This document shows, in pieces, positions 1 through 9,104 of a DNA stretch of 64,000 bases (the first letter of the stretch is position 1; the number at the start of each line of letters is the position of its first letter). The stretch comes from Candidatus Omnitrophota bacterium. GTDB taxonomy: Bacteria; Omnitrophota; Gorgyraeia; B26-G9. The stretch covers positions 2,089 to 66,088 of the forward strand of contig JAZDHZ010000027.1 of assembly GCA_043805415.1 (NCBI GenBank), read 5' to 3'. Under the pieces are notes generated by a model. It did no database searches, was not told where the DNA came from, and saw only the letters and a list, made by a program, of their open reading frames with translations. The position numbers were made by a program, and so were the translations under genes.

Positions 1-351
1 GGAGATCTGTGCATATCTTCAATAGAAAAACCTAGACCATGAAGAACTTTTTCTGCTTTCCAGGTATGATCTTGATCGCTAATCGGCAAGCTCGAACATA
101 CTTCTTTTAATACGCTATCTTGGGAAAAACTTATAGTCTGATTAAGATATCCAATGCGGTAATTTTTAGGGATAACAATTGTCCCGCTATCCGCGGCAAG
201 CGTTCCATTTATCAAGCTAAATAGTGTTGTCTTGCCATGACCATTACGTCCCACAAGTCCGATTTTTTCATTTGAACCAATGGAAAAACAGCCATTTTCA
301 AAAAGCTCCTGACCGCCAAATGATTTTGCTACATCTCTTAATTCAATCATA
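1..351 (-). CDS. ABC-F family ATP-binding cassette protein, N-terminal part (3' end lies beyond window start)
   Basis: Reverse-strand translation from ATG at 351..349 reads MIELRDVAKSFGGQELFENGCFSIGSNEKIGLVGRNGHGKTTLF... with Walker A GRNGHGKT. No ORF-track entry because it is truncated. Confidence 0.7.
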
Positions 352-366
352 AATCATAATTCTTTC

Positions 367-397
367 GTATTGCGTATTGCGTCGTGCGTATCGCGTA
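367..397. repeat. Tandem heptamer array (GTATTGC)x2-GTCGTGC-GTATCGC-GTA in the recQ/ABC-F intergenic spacer
   Basis: Read directly from the sequence: gtattgc gtattgc gtcgtgc gtatcgc gta. It lies 16-46 nt upstream of the ABC-F ATG. Confidence 0.6.
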
Positions 398-429
398 AAA
401 AATATAATCTAAACGCTATCTGCTATCTT

Positions 430-2271
430 TTAAAATACATCTTCTAATGATTGTTTCTGCAAAATCTGATTATTATTGATTACATCAATAAAAACCTTGG
501 CGTATGTTTTTAATTTCCGATCTCCCACGCCATAAATATCGGCAAAATCATCAAGATTCGAGGGTTTTTTAGCTGCCATATCTTTTAAGGTCTTATCGCC
601 AAAAACAATATATGCCGGCACTCCTTTTTTTCGGGCAATTTCTGCTCTGGTTTGACGTAATTTCTGAAATAAAGTTTCATCAACTCCCTGCCATTCCTGC
701 TGTCTCAGTGCCATACTCTGCTCGGCAACTTGTTTTTTCTTTTGCTGAACAAGCGGCTTAGCAAGCACTGGAGCAAGCTCTCCGTCAAGCAGCTGCTCGC
801 CTTTAGCAGTTACAGCTAAACTGGAAAATTCTCCCTCTCTTTCTAAAAACCCCTGGCCAATAAGCTGTTCAATCATATATCTGATAAAATTTATTGACTC
901 TTCAGCCATTATCCCAAATCTAGGCAATTCATGATGATGCATTTTTATTATTTTATCCGCCAGTTTACCCTGTAATACCTCGGCAATATATAATGCGCCA
1001 AAACCATATCCTTGCTGGCTCAGACTATCAATACAAGCAATAATGTTTTGGCCTATAAGCAGCGGGGCTTCAACCATATCCAGCTCATTTAAACAATAAT
1101 CACATGCGCTACAACCATCTTTACCGTATTTTTGGTCAAAATAATTAACCAGAACTTTATGGCGACACTGCGGCTGAGCACAAAAATCGTAGATTAATCC
1201 AAGCTTATGCATCATAGTTTTATGCTCTGCTGATTTTTTAGCAAAAAAGCTCCACAGCTGATAATCACTGCCGCTATAGAACATATAGCACGATGCCGGC
1301 AAACCATCTCGGCCGGCTCGGCCGGTTTGCTGCTGATAGTGCTCAATGCTTTGAGGCATACCCTCATGAATAACAAATCGGATATTTGATCTGTCTATGC
1401 CCATACCAAAAGCCACTGTTGCCACAATAATATTAACTGACTCGCTAACGAATTTATCCTGATTTTCTTGCCGCTGCTTATCTGTCATGCCCGCGTGATA
1501 CGCGACATTATCATATCCGAGTTTTTTCAATGTTTTTGCTAAATTATCCACATCTTTTCGTCTAAGACAATAAATAACTCCTGGTTCATCAATATGTTTA
1601 TCTAAAACTTCAGTAACTTGTTTTACAATCTGCTGACGCTGCATAACCCGATAAGTCAGATTAATTCGATCAACTGGCCCGGTATGGATCACCGGATTAT
1701 CCAGACCTAATTGCCTTAATATATCAATCTGGACTTCTTTAGTTGCGGTTGCCGTAAAAGCATGCACGCTTGCTGATTTAAAGATACCTTTAATAATGCC
1801 CAAAGCTCTATAGTCAGCTCTAAAATCATGGCCCCAATGGCTGATACAATGCGCTTCATCAATTACAAAAAAATCAACCCCAACTTTATTTAAAAGATCA
1901 AGAGTTGATTCATTCTGCAAACGCTCCGGAGATAGATACAAAAGTCTGATCCTGCCGCTGCTAATATCCTCAATAACCGTTCTTTGTTTAACTACGGATA
2001 AGCTTGAATTAAGATATGCGGCCGGTATGCCCATATCATTAAGTCCATCCACCTGATCTTTCATCAAAGAAATAAGCGGCGAGATAACAACAGCCATTCC
2101 TTTTTCCAGTAAAGCCGGTAATTGAAAACAAAGTGACTTTCCTCCGCCGGTTGGCAAAACAGTCAAGCTATCCTGTCCCTTGAGTATAGAAAAAATCGTG
2201 TCTTCCTGAAAGGGGAGAAATGAATCATACCCCCAATATTGTTCTAGTAAACGATATATTGTATCTTTCAT
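430..2271 (-). CDS. recQ: ATP-dependent DNA helicase RecQ
   Basis: 613 aa. PTGGGKSLCFQLPAL Walker A, DEAHCISHWGHDFR motif II, RQC zinc-binding Cys cluster, and a C-terminal HRDC-like region. Confidence 0.9.
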   Translation of the reverse strand: MKDTIYRLLEQYWGYDSFLPFQEDTIFSILKGQDSLTVLPTGGGKSLCFQLPALLEKGMAVVISPLISLMKDQVDGLNDMGIPAAYLNSSLSVVKQRTVIEDISSGRIRLLYLSPERLQNESTLDLLNKVGVDFFVIDEAHCISHWGHDFRADYRALGIIKGIFKSASVHAFTATATKEVQIDILRQLGLDNPVIHTGPVDRINLTYRVMQRQQIVKQVTEVLDKHIDEPGVIYCLRRKDVDNLAKTLKKLGYDNVAYHAGMTDKQRQENQDKFVSESVNIIVATVAFGMGIDRSNIRFVIHEGMPQSIEHYQQQTGRAGRDGLPASCYMFYSGSDYQLWSFFAKKSAEHKTMMHKLGLIYDFCAQPQCRHKVLVNYFDQKYGKDGCSACDYCLNELDMVEAPLLIGQNIIACIDSLSQQGYGFGALYIAEVLQGKLADKIIKMHHHELPRFGIMAEESINFIRYMIEQLIGQGFLEREGEFSSLAVTAKGEQLLDGELAPVLAKPLVQQKKKQVAEQSMALRQQEWQGVDETLFQKLRQTRAEIARKKGVPAYIVFGDKTLKDMAAKKPSNLDDFADIYGVGDRKLKTYAKVFIDVINNNQILQKQSLEDVF

Positions 2272-2439
2272 AATTCCAATCCATTAATAGTTGTAAAATA
2301 AAAACTAGCTAAACTATAATTATAACAAAATCATAATTATTGAACAATTTTTATATCTGGCGAAAGATATTTTAATACGTTTATTGATTATGCAGACTGT
2401 GTAATTAAACTTCAGGAAAATATTGATATTTATGAGAGA

Positions 2440-2925
2440 TTATTTGCCTTGGCTTTTCTTTTGAGCTAATAGCTTCTGAACTAAAACATCGATTTCAGAC
2501 TGGGAAAGCTTTCGATCTGGTTCGGGAACACTATCTACAGAGATAATTTCCTCTTCTTTTTCCGCTGTTGCGACTCGCACTTCATCTGCTTCACGCATTG
2601 ATTGAAAACCTAAAATATCTACTTTAGTTTGCCCAATTTTAATTAGTTTCCAAACTGGAACCTGCTTGTCAGCTACAGTCATCGGCGCTGTTCCGAAAAA
2701 TATACCAATCGCTTTACCCTCAGGCCAATATACAACATCGCCTTCATTTATATCTTTAACAAAATTTTCACTTTCAAAATTAACATTTATCTTAAAATAC
2801 ACTCCCTCGGACCATTTGCAAATTTCTGAATCTAAGGGAAGAATCTCAATAATTTTTTTAGCACAATCCGTATCATTTAAATCTACCAGCAAATTATAAT
2901 GTGGTGTCTGGAACGAAACTTGCAT
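2440..2925 (-). CDS. Hypothetical protein, possibly cyclophilin-like fold (DUF3830-like), with a Lys-rich C-terminus
   Basis: 161 aa ORF with no recognisable catalytic motif. The family assignment is a guess from length and composition. Confidence 0.3.
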   Translation of the reverse strand: MQVSFQTPHYNLLVDLNDTDCAKKIIEILPLDSEICKWSEGVYFKINVNFESENFVKDINEGDVVYWPEGKAIGIFFGTAPMTVADKQVPVWKLIKIGQTKVDILGFQSMREADEVRVATAEKEEEIISVDSVPEPDRKLSQSEIDVLVQKLLAQKKSQGK

Positions 2926-3242
2926 ATTTTATTTTCCATTGCCTGAATTTGGTTACTAACTAAAAATGCCTATCTATATTTATAGCAATTATTTTATCCT
3001 TTCAGCAGATATTATGCAAGCTCAATATCATTTATTATGTATTTTCCATTTAAATAAAAACAATCCCTTCGGATTTTATCCTTTAGAACACTCACTAAAA
3101 GTTCGTTAAATATATACAGTTGATTCACTCTGGTGACTTAATTCAGCGGCTTTTTAGATGGGTTTATGGACTACTGCCTTGCGAAAGCTAGCTTTTTCGA
3201 GGTTTTTAAAAGTCCACAAATAATCCGATTTGTCTTGGTATT

Positions 3243-4604
3243 TTATTTTAAAAATTTATCAATGGCTTTTGCCGCCTTTTTACCTGCACCCATTGCCGCA
3301 ATAACCGTAGCTGACCCTGTAACAATATCTCCGCCGGCATAAATATCTGGGATATTGGTAGCCCCAGCATCATCGGCTTCAATATTGTTCTTGCGTGTAA
3401 GCTTAAGCTCTTTGATTGTGTCTAATAATAAAGGGTTTGATCCATTACCTATGGCGATTATGACAGTATCCATCAACATTTCGAAATCAGAATTTTCTAT
3501 GGGAACCGGCCGCCTCCGGCCGCTGGCATCTACCGCGCCCAGTTCATTCTTAATACAAACTATTGTTTTCACATTACCGGTTTCATCCCCAATTATTTTA
3601 ATTGGATTTGTAAGTAAATGAAATTCAATCCCTTCTTGTCTAGCATGATGTATTTCATCTTTCCTTGCCGGCATTTCATTTTCCGTACGACGATAAATAA
3701 TATATACCTTTTCCGCGCCAAGCCTTAAAGCGCACCTGGCTGAATCCATAGCAACATTTCCGGCGCCAATAACCGCAACTCTTTTACCCACTTCTACCGG
3801 GGTATCATATTCAGGAAATTTATAAGCTTTCATTAAATTTACCCGTGATAGGAATTCATTTGCCGAATACACCCCATTAAGATCCTCGCCCGGTATATCC
3901 ATAAAATACGGCAAACCTGCCCCGGTCGCAATAAAAAAGGCTTGAAACCCTTGATTACGCAGTATTTCTATTGTTTTAATTTTACCAATAATATAATTAT
4001 ATTTTATATCTACACCTAAACTCTTAATTTGTTCTACTTCCCGCATAACAATATCTTTAGGTAAGCGGAATTCAGGGATACCATAAGTAAGTACTCCTCC
4101 GGGTTTATGCAAGGCTTCAAACAAAGTTACGCTATAATTCATTTTTGCTAAATCCGCAGCGCAGGTTAGCCCTGCTGGACCAGCTCCGATAACCGCTACT
4201 TTTTTATGTCTGATCCCTTGAGCTATTGCTGGTTTTTCTTGATCAAAGCCATTTTTTAATTTCCAATCAGCCGCAAACCGCTCTAGACTGCCAATATCAA
4301 TTGCTTTACCTTTATGCCTTAAGATACACTGCTTTTCACATTGGTCTTCCTGAGGACAAACCCTGCCGCAAACCGCTGGCAAGTTATTGGTTTTTAGTAT
4401 TATTGCACTAGCCGCGCTAAACTGTTTTTCCGCTATGGCCTTAATAAATCCGGGGATATCGATCTCAGCCGGACACCCTTTAACGCATAGCGGATTTTTA
4501 CATTGTAAACATCTTAATGCTTCAGCTACTGCCTCAGCTTCACTGTAACCATAAGGAACTTCATCAAAATTCTTTATCCGCTCTTTGGGATCTTGCTCTC
4601 TCAT
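3243..4604 (-). CDS. nfnB: NADPH-dependent glutamate-synthase-small-subunit-like oxidoreductase (NfnB/SudA-type; FAD, NADPH, 2x[4Fe-4S])
   Basis: 453 aa. N-terminal CLQCKNPLC...CP and CGRVCPQEDQC ferredoxin-like Cys motifs. Two Rossmann motifs, VAVIGAGPAGL and VAVIGAGNVAMD. GltD/DPD-like architecture. Confidence 0.8.
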   Translation of the reverse strand: MREQDPKERIKNFDEVPYGYSEAEAVAEALRCLQCKNPLCVKGCPAEIDIPGFIKAIAEKQFSAASAIILKTNNLPAVCGRVCPQEDQCEKQCILRHKGKAIDIGSLERFAADWKLKNGFDQEKPAIAQGIRHKKVAVIGAGPAGLTCAADLAKMNYSVTLFEALHKPGGVLTYGIPEFRLPKDIVMREVEQIKSLGVDIKYNYIIGKIKTIEILRNQGFQAFFIATGAGLPYFMDIPGEDLNGVYSANEFLSRVNLMKAYKFPEYDTPVEVGKRVAVIGAGNVAMDSARCALRLGAEKVYIIYRRTENEMPARKDEIHHARQEGIEFHLLTNPIKIIGDETGNVKTIVCIKNELGAVDASGRRRPVPIENSDFEMLMDTVIIAIGNGSNPLLLDTIKELKLTRKNNIEADDAGATNIPDIYAGGDIVTGSATVIAAMGAGKKAAKAIDKFLK

Positions 4605-4620
4605 TGCCGCATCCTTTATC

Positions 4621-5460
4621 TTACTTTAGCTTAATTCTACACTTGTGTTCATAATGTTTAGCGCTTTCTTCTTCTTTGCTTTTAAACCTGCCTTGGCGCC
4701 ATATAATATCATCATAATCAACTAAATGCCCGTCAAAAGCCGGACCGTCAACACAAGTAAATTTTGTTTGCTGATTATATTTAATCCGGCAGCAGCCGCA
4801 CATCCCTGTTCCATCAATCATGATTGAGTTTAAAGACACAATGGTTTTTATGGATTTTAATTTTGTCACGCCTGCTACTGCCTTCATCATTATCAGGGGG
4901 CCGATTGCAAACACCAAATCATATGAACCCTTATCTAAAAGTTCTTTTAAAATATCAGTTACAAAACCTTTTCTGCCATAAGAACCATCATCAGTAGTTA
5001 TGTATAAATTATCGCAAAAAGGCTTTATTTCCTGATCACAAATAATCAGATCTTTTGTCCTAAACCCGATAATAGCGGTGACATCATTTCCAGCTTGTTT
5101 CATTGCTTTAGCAATAGGATAAACTTCTGCTGTGCCCACGCCGCCGCCGACAAAGATTACTTTACCGATATTTTGCACTTGCTCTGAGTGACCCAAAGGA
5201 CCGGATATATCCAAAACAGAATCGCCTTGATTTAAAGCGCAAAGTTTTCTCGTGCTTACCCCAATTGCTTGACAAACCACAGTTATCGTACCGTTTTGGC
5301 AATCAAAATCATATATGGTAAGCGGAAATCTTTCCCCAAATTCATCTACGCGCAGGATTACAAATTGCCCAGGACTTGCTGCCATCGCTAAATCCTTGGC
5401 CTCAAATTCAATAAGATGTACTTGGGAGTTTAACTGTCTTTTTTGTATTATTTTATACAT
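4621..5460 (-). CDS. nfnA: Ferredoxin-NADP+ reductase-like subunit (NfnA/SudB/PyrK-like; FAD plus a 2Fe-2S C-terminal Cys cluster)
   Basis: PyrK-like fold with C-terminal Cys cluster GMCGCCRIK...C. Preferred start is the ATG at 5460, preceded by AAAGGAATAAGC. The ORF track start at 5484 has no Shine-Dalgarno. Confidence 0.75.
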   Translation of the reverse strand: MYKIIQKRQLNSQVHLIEFEAKDLAMAASPGQFVILRVDEFGERFPLTIYDFDCQNGTITVVCQAIGVSTRKLCALNQGDSVLDISGPLGHSEQVQNIGKVIFVGGGVGTAEVYPIAKAMKQAGNDVTAIIGFRTKDLIICDQEIKPFCDNLYITTDDGSYGRKGFVTDILKELLDKGSYDLVFAIGPLIMMKAVAGVTKLKSIKTIVSLNSIMIDGTGMCGCCRIKYNQQTKFTCVDGPAFDGHLVDYDDIIWRQGRFKSKEEESAKHYEHKCRIKLK

Positions 5461-5583
5461 GCTTATTCCTTTTTTAAAACCCATGTAATACTTTTAAAGA
5501 ATAAAGCTGCTTATGAAATATTTTCAGCATCTTTTACCCCATTAAAGGAATTAATTTATTTTACCCTAATTAATATTTTTTAT

Positions 5584-6921
5584 TTACACAACACCCTGAT
5601 CTATCATCGCATCAGCAACTTTAACAAAACCAGCAATGTTTGCCCCTTTTACATAGTCTATATATTTACCTTCCTTACCATATTTTACACACTGTTTATG
5701 AATAGCCAGCATTATTCCGTGTAATTTCTCGTCTACTTCTTCTCTGGACCAAGCCAGTCTTTGACTATTCTGAGACATCTCAAGGCCTGAAGTTGCAACT
5801 CCACCGGCATTAGCTGCTTTGCCTGGCCCATAGCAAATTTTAGCCTTTTGAAATACTTTGACCCCTTCTGGTGTGGTCGGCATATTAGCCCCTTCACCTA
5901 CAGCAATACATCCGTTTGCAACCAATGCTTTTGCATCTGCTTCATTGAGTTCATTCTGAGTAGCAGACGGGAAAGCAATATCACATTTAACTCCCCAAGG
6001 ACGTTTTCCTTCAACATACTTACAATCATACTTTTTGGCATATTCTTGAATTCGGCCGCGCTTTACATTTTTGAGCTCCATAACATAAGCTAATTTATCA
6101 GCATCTATGCCTTTAGGATCATAAATGAATCCTCCGGAATCAGATAAAGTAACGCATTTTCCGCCAAGTTGGTTAACTTTCTCTACTGTATATTGAGCAA
6201 CATTTCCTGATCCGGAAACCGTACAGACTTTACCTTTTAAAGAGTCTCCTCTTTGATTTAACATTGCCTCTGTAAAATAAACACATCCATAACCAGTAGC
6301 TTCCGGTCTAATCAAACTTCCGCCCCAGTTAAGGCCTTTTCCTGTTAAAATTCCGGTAAATTCATTGCGCAGTCTTTTGTACTGTCCAAACATAAATCCG
6401 ATTTCACGGCCGCCGACACCAATATCTCCGGCCGGGACATCAGTATTAGGGCCGATATGTCTTTCCAGTTCCGTCATAAAACTTTGACAAAAGCGCATCA
6501 CCTCATTATCAGATTTTCCTTTAGGATCAAAGTCCGATCCTCCTTTACTTCCGCCCATTGGTAAAGTCGTCAAACTATTTTTTAAAACCTGTTCAAAAGC
6601 AAGAAATTTTAAAATGCCTAAACGCACTGTAGGATGCAATCTCAACCCCCCTTTATAAGGACCGATTGCACTGTTCATTTGTATACGAAAACCGCGATTT
6701 ACCTGAATTTCTCCTTTATCATCCATCCAAGACACCCGGAACATAATTACTCTTTCCGGTTCTACCATCCTTTCCAGGATTTTAGCCTTAGCATATTTAG
6801 GATTATTTTCTATAAAAGGCATTATACTCTCAACTACCTCGAGAACTGCCTGATGAAATTCACTCTCGCCTGGGTTTTTAGCAATAACTTTACTCATAAA
6901 TTCATTAACGTTCTTTTTCAT
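5584..6921 (-). CDS. gdhA: NADP-specific glutamate dehydrogenase
   Basis: 445 aa. Hexameric GDH signatures (GGLRLHPTV, KGG..., and a GSGNVAQY nucleotide-binding glycine motif). Confidence 0.9.
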   Translation of the reverse strand: MKKNVNEFMSKVIAKNPGESEFHQAVLEVVESIMPFIENNPKYAKAKILERMVEPERVIMFRVSWMDDKGEIQVNRGFRIQMNSAIGPYKGGLRLHPTVRLGILKFLAFEQVLKNSLTTLPMGGSKGGSDFDPKGKSDNEVMRFCQSFMTELERHIGPNTDVPAGDIGVGGREIGFMFGQYKRLRNEFTGILTGKGLNWGGSLIRPEATGYGCVYFTEAMLNQRGDSLKGKVCTVSGSGNVAQYTVEKVNQLGGKCVTLSDSGGFIYDPKGIDADKLAYVMELKNVKRGRIQEYAKKYDCKYVEGKRPWGVKCDIAFPSATQNELNEADAKALVANGCIAVGEGANMPTTPEGVKVFQKAKICYGPGKAANAGGVATSGLEMSQNSQRLAWSREEVDEKLHGIMLAIHKQCVKYGKEGKYIDYVKGANIAGFVKVADAMIDQGVV

Positions 6922-7195
6922 TTCTGCCTCCTTTATTGTTAATATTAAGACTTCTCTATAACTCCTTGCCGCCGATAATAAAATAAGCTCTCCAACTTAT
7001 TTTATGACTTGTTCCAATTAAAAAAAAACAGCATTCTTCCCTGCAGAAGAACACCGTTGTTATTCCGACTTTTATGCCCGCACTCCATTGTGCCTACTAA
7101 AGTATTATTTGATAATAGCATTATTGAAATAACAATACAACGGGTAATTACCAGGGTATTTATGGGGTAATAAATACCCCATAAATACTGAATGG

Positions 7196-8119
7196 TTACA
7201 ATTCCTTTAAATAAGAGGCCAGATTGATCCCCTGTTGAGTAAGCCCAAGTTTTTTTCTAATAGTTTTACGATAAGCTTCAATAGTCTGAAAGGATAGAGA
7301 AAGAATCTGAGCGATCTGCTTAGAGGAAAGTCCGGATTTAATCATATTGGAAACTTCTATTTCGCGAGCCGAAAGGCGGAATTTTGAATGCGTAATAATT
7401 GGCCCAAACTCTGAAGCAATTTGGTTAACACTATCTTCCAAAGCTTTCACATATTCTTTAGGCACATTAATTGTTGCCAATCTCTCAATCAGCGGCAAAA
7501 GCAGTCTCTGGGCATTAACTGAAACTTTTTTAGCAAGATTGCGCTTTTCGATCTCAAATTGCGCGACTAATTCTTTTAAGGCAATATTTTTTTTATTTAA
7601 ATCATCATTTTTCTGTTTTAAAAGTTTTTGAGATTCCGTGAGCAAGCTAAGCGCATCCTTGCGTTCTATAAAACTACCTAGTCGATTAGCAATACCTTGA
7701 ATCAAATCTCTTTCTTCTTTTAAAAAAGGGCCCTCATCACTTTGCGGCATTTTTTTTATATAGTAAACCTCGACAGTGCCAACCTTTTGTTTTTCAGCAC
7801 AAATATCTGCTGTTTGTTTCCATTTGCTTTTTCTAAATTTTTTAGTGCAATAAGTCCTGTTCGCGTAACTTATAGAAGCATGAGTAACTGCCGGATATTG
7901 CCAGGATCGGGGAATAATATCTACGGTGCCTTGAAAAACCTTTTCAATAGATTGGTCATATTTTTCAATAAGCTGCATTATTCCATACATACAATGCAGC
8001 TCTTTAACCCGCTCTCCCAGGTCATGCCGAGTTTGATTATATTCAATTTTTATTTTTTCAAGCTCTTTAATCCGGTTTACAAGATTTCTATTGTTTGGTT
8101 TTAACGCGTCAAACCCCAT
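7196..8119 (-). CDS. LuxR-family transcriptional regulator with an uncharacterised N-terminal domain and coiled coil
   Basis: C-terminal LSAREIEVSNMIKSGLSSKQIAQILSLSFQTIEAYRKTIRKKLGL matches a LuxR/FixJ-type HTH. The N-terminal 230 aa has no known motif. Confidence 0.7.
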   Translation of the reverse strand: MGFDALKPNNRNLVNRIKELEKIKIEYNQTRHDLGERVKELHCMYGIMQLIEKYDQSIEKVFQGTVDIIPRSWQYPAVTHASISYANRTYCTKKFRKSKWKQTADICAEKQKVGTVEVYYIKKMPQSDEGPFLKEERDLIQGIANRLGSFIERKDALSLLTESQKLLKQKNDDLNKKNIALKELVAQFEIEKRNLAKKVSVNAQRLLLPLIERLATINVPKEYVKALEDSVNQIASEFGPIITHSKFRLSAREIEVSNMIKSGLSSKQIAQILSLSFQTIEAYRKTIRKKLGLTQQGINLASYLKEL

Positions 8120-8230
8120 AAATACTCCATATTTATTTAACCCTCGGTATTTCTTTTAAAAATAGCAGTAAGGATTAGTAAAAGACAGTTCACCCGGTGA
8201 AGATGAACTGTCTTTTATAGATTATTTTAT

Positions 8231-8674
8231 TTACAATGCTGCTTCCTGAATCCAAGCACCGTGTAGATTGCAATATGAAACAACACTTAGGGTTCCTTCT
8301 CTGATTTTTAGATGCAAAGCTGCTGCCGGATTACAGCTTTCCGGAGTAAGCGCAACTCTGGATATAAACTTTTTATTAATATAAAAATCAATGTGGACGA
8401 TATAATGTTCCGCGAGCATAGGATGTTGAATTGCCCCCATTTTCACATGCACATCCTGACACCCTTCAGCAATTAATCCGCATGTTTTAACCACAGTGAT
8501 TAAAGGAATATGCTTTTTCTCCAGATCAGTCAAATTATTAACATTAGCCGGTGTTTTGATCGCGTCTTCTTTTACCACAAAAGCAGAAGCTAATGCCCCG
8601 CATACTGGACATTTTTCCGGAGCAGCTCCATCAATTGAGATAAACCCGCAAACTTTACAAACCATTCCTTTCAT
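8231..8674 (-). CDS. Superoxide reductase (desulfoferrodoxin family) with an N-terminal rubredoxin-like CxxCG...CPxCG knuckle pair
   Basis: EKKHIP (cf. the EKHVP SOR motif), His ligands, and a YCNLHGAW Cys/His iron-ligand motif. N-terminal CKVCG...CPVCG. Shine-Dalgarno AAAGGGGGA upstream. Confidence 0.75.
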   Translation of the reverse strand: MKGMVCKVCGFISIDGAAPEKCPVCGALASAFVVKEDAIKTPANVNNLTDLEKKHIPLITVVKTCGLIAEGCQDVHVKMGAIQHPMLAEHYIVHIDFYINKKFISRVALTPESCNPAAALHLKIREGTLSVVSYCNLHGAWIQEAAL

Positions 8675-8817
8675 AAATCCCCCTTTTTTTGGTGTCTTAG
8701 ATTAAATTACCTATACTTTATAGAATAGCCTTTTTATAATTAATGTCAAGATCAGATTTCCCGCTGAATAAAGCAGTGATTTTCAGTTAAGATTAACCCC
8801 CTTTATCTGACTATTTC

Positions 8818-9090
8818 TCAGACTTTACCTAATAGCATCAATACACCAATAACAATAAAAGATAAAGCGCCCGCATATCGTACATGCTCAGGCTGAATAT
8901 GCTTTGCCAGGACTTTACCCAAGAGTACGGTTATAATCGTCACAAGCGCAAAAGCAAGCACCGAAGCAGTAAAAACTGTAATCCATGATTTAGAACGTGT
9001 TGCCATGCACAAGTTAGCAATTTGCGTTTTGTCGCCAAGTTCTGCTAAAAATATCGCGCTAAATGTCGCAAAAAATATCTTCCAATCCAT
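8818..9090 (-). CDS. UPF0016 (GDT1/TMEM165) family membrane protein, single-repeat form
   Basis: 90 aa, 3 TM helices, E-x-G-D-K-T motif (ELGDKTQ). Confidence 0.7.
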   Translation of the reverse strand: MDWKIFFATFSAIFLAELGDKTQIANLCMATRSKSWITVFTASVLAFALVTIITVLLGKVLAKHIQPEHVRYAGALSFIVIGVLMLLGKV

Positions 9091-9104
9091 ATAATTCTCC
9101 TTAA

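Noticed and set aside
2666-2899. Plus-strand 77-aa ORF, and many similar 60-130-aa plus-strand ORFs in the track (e.g. 3355..3621, 5848..6093, 7347..7631, 15256..15657, 21761..22093, 35204..35509, 43273..43581).
   Set aside because: Each lies wholly antisense inside a well-supported minus-strand gene. They have Ser/Leu/Phe-rich low-complexity translations typical of reverse-frame artefacts in AT-rich DNA, and no Shine-Dalgarno or motifs.
3100-3242. Palindromic GCGAAAGCTAGCTTTTTCG element in the 2440/3243 spacer, considered as a terminator.
   Set aside because: The stem is short and imperfect, and on the minus (transcribed) strand it is not followed by a U-run. It is possibly a weak bidirectional structure, too ambiguous to call.
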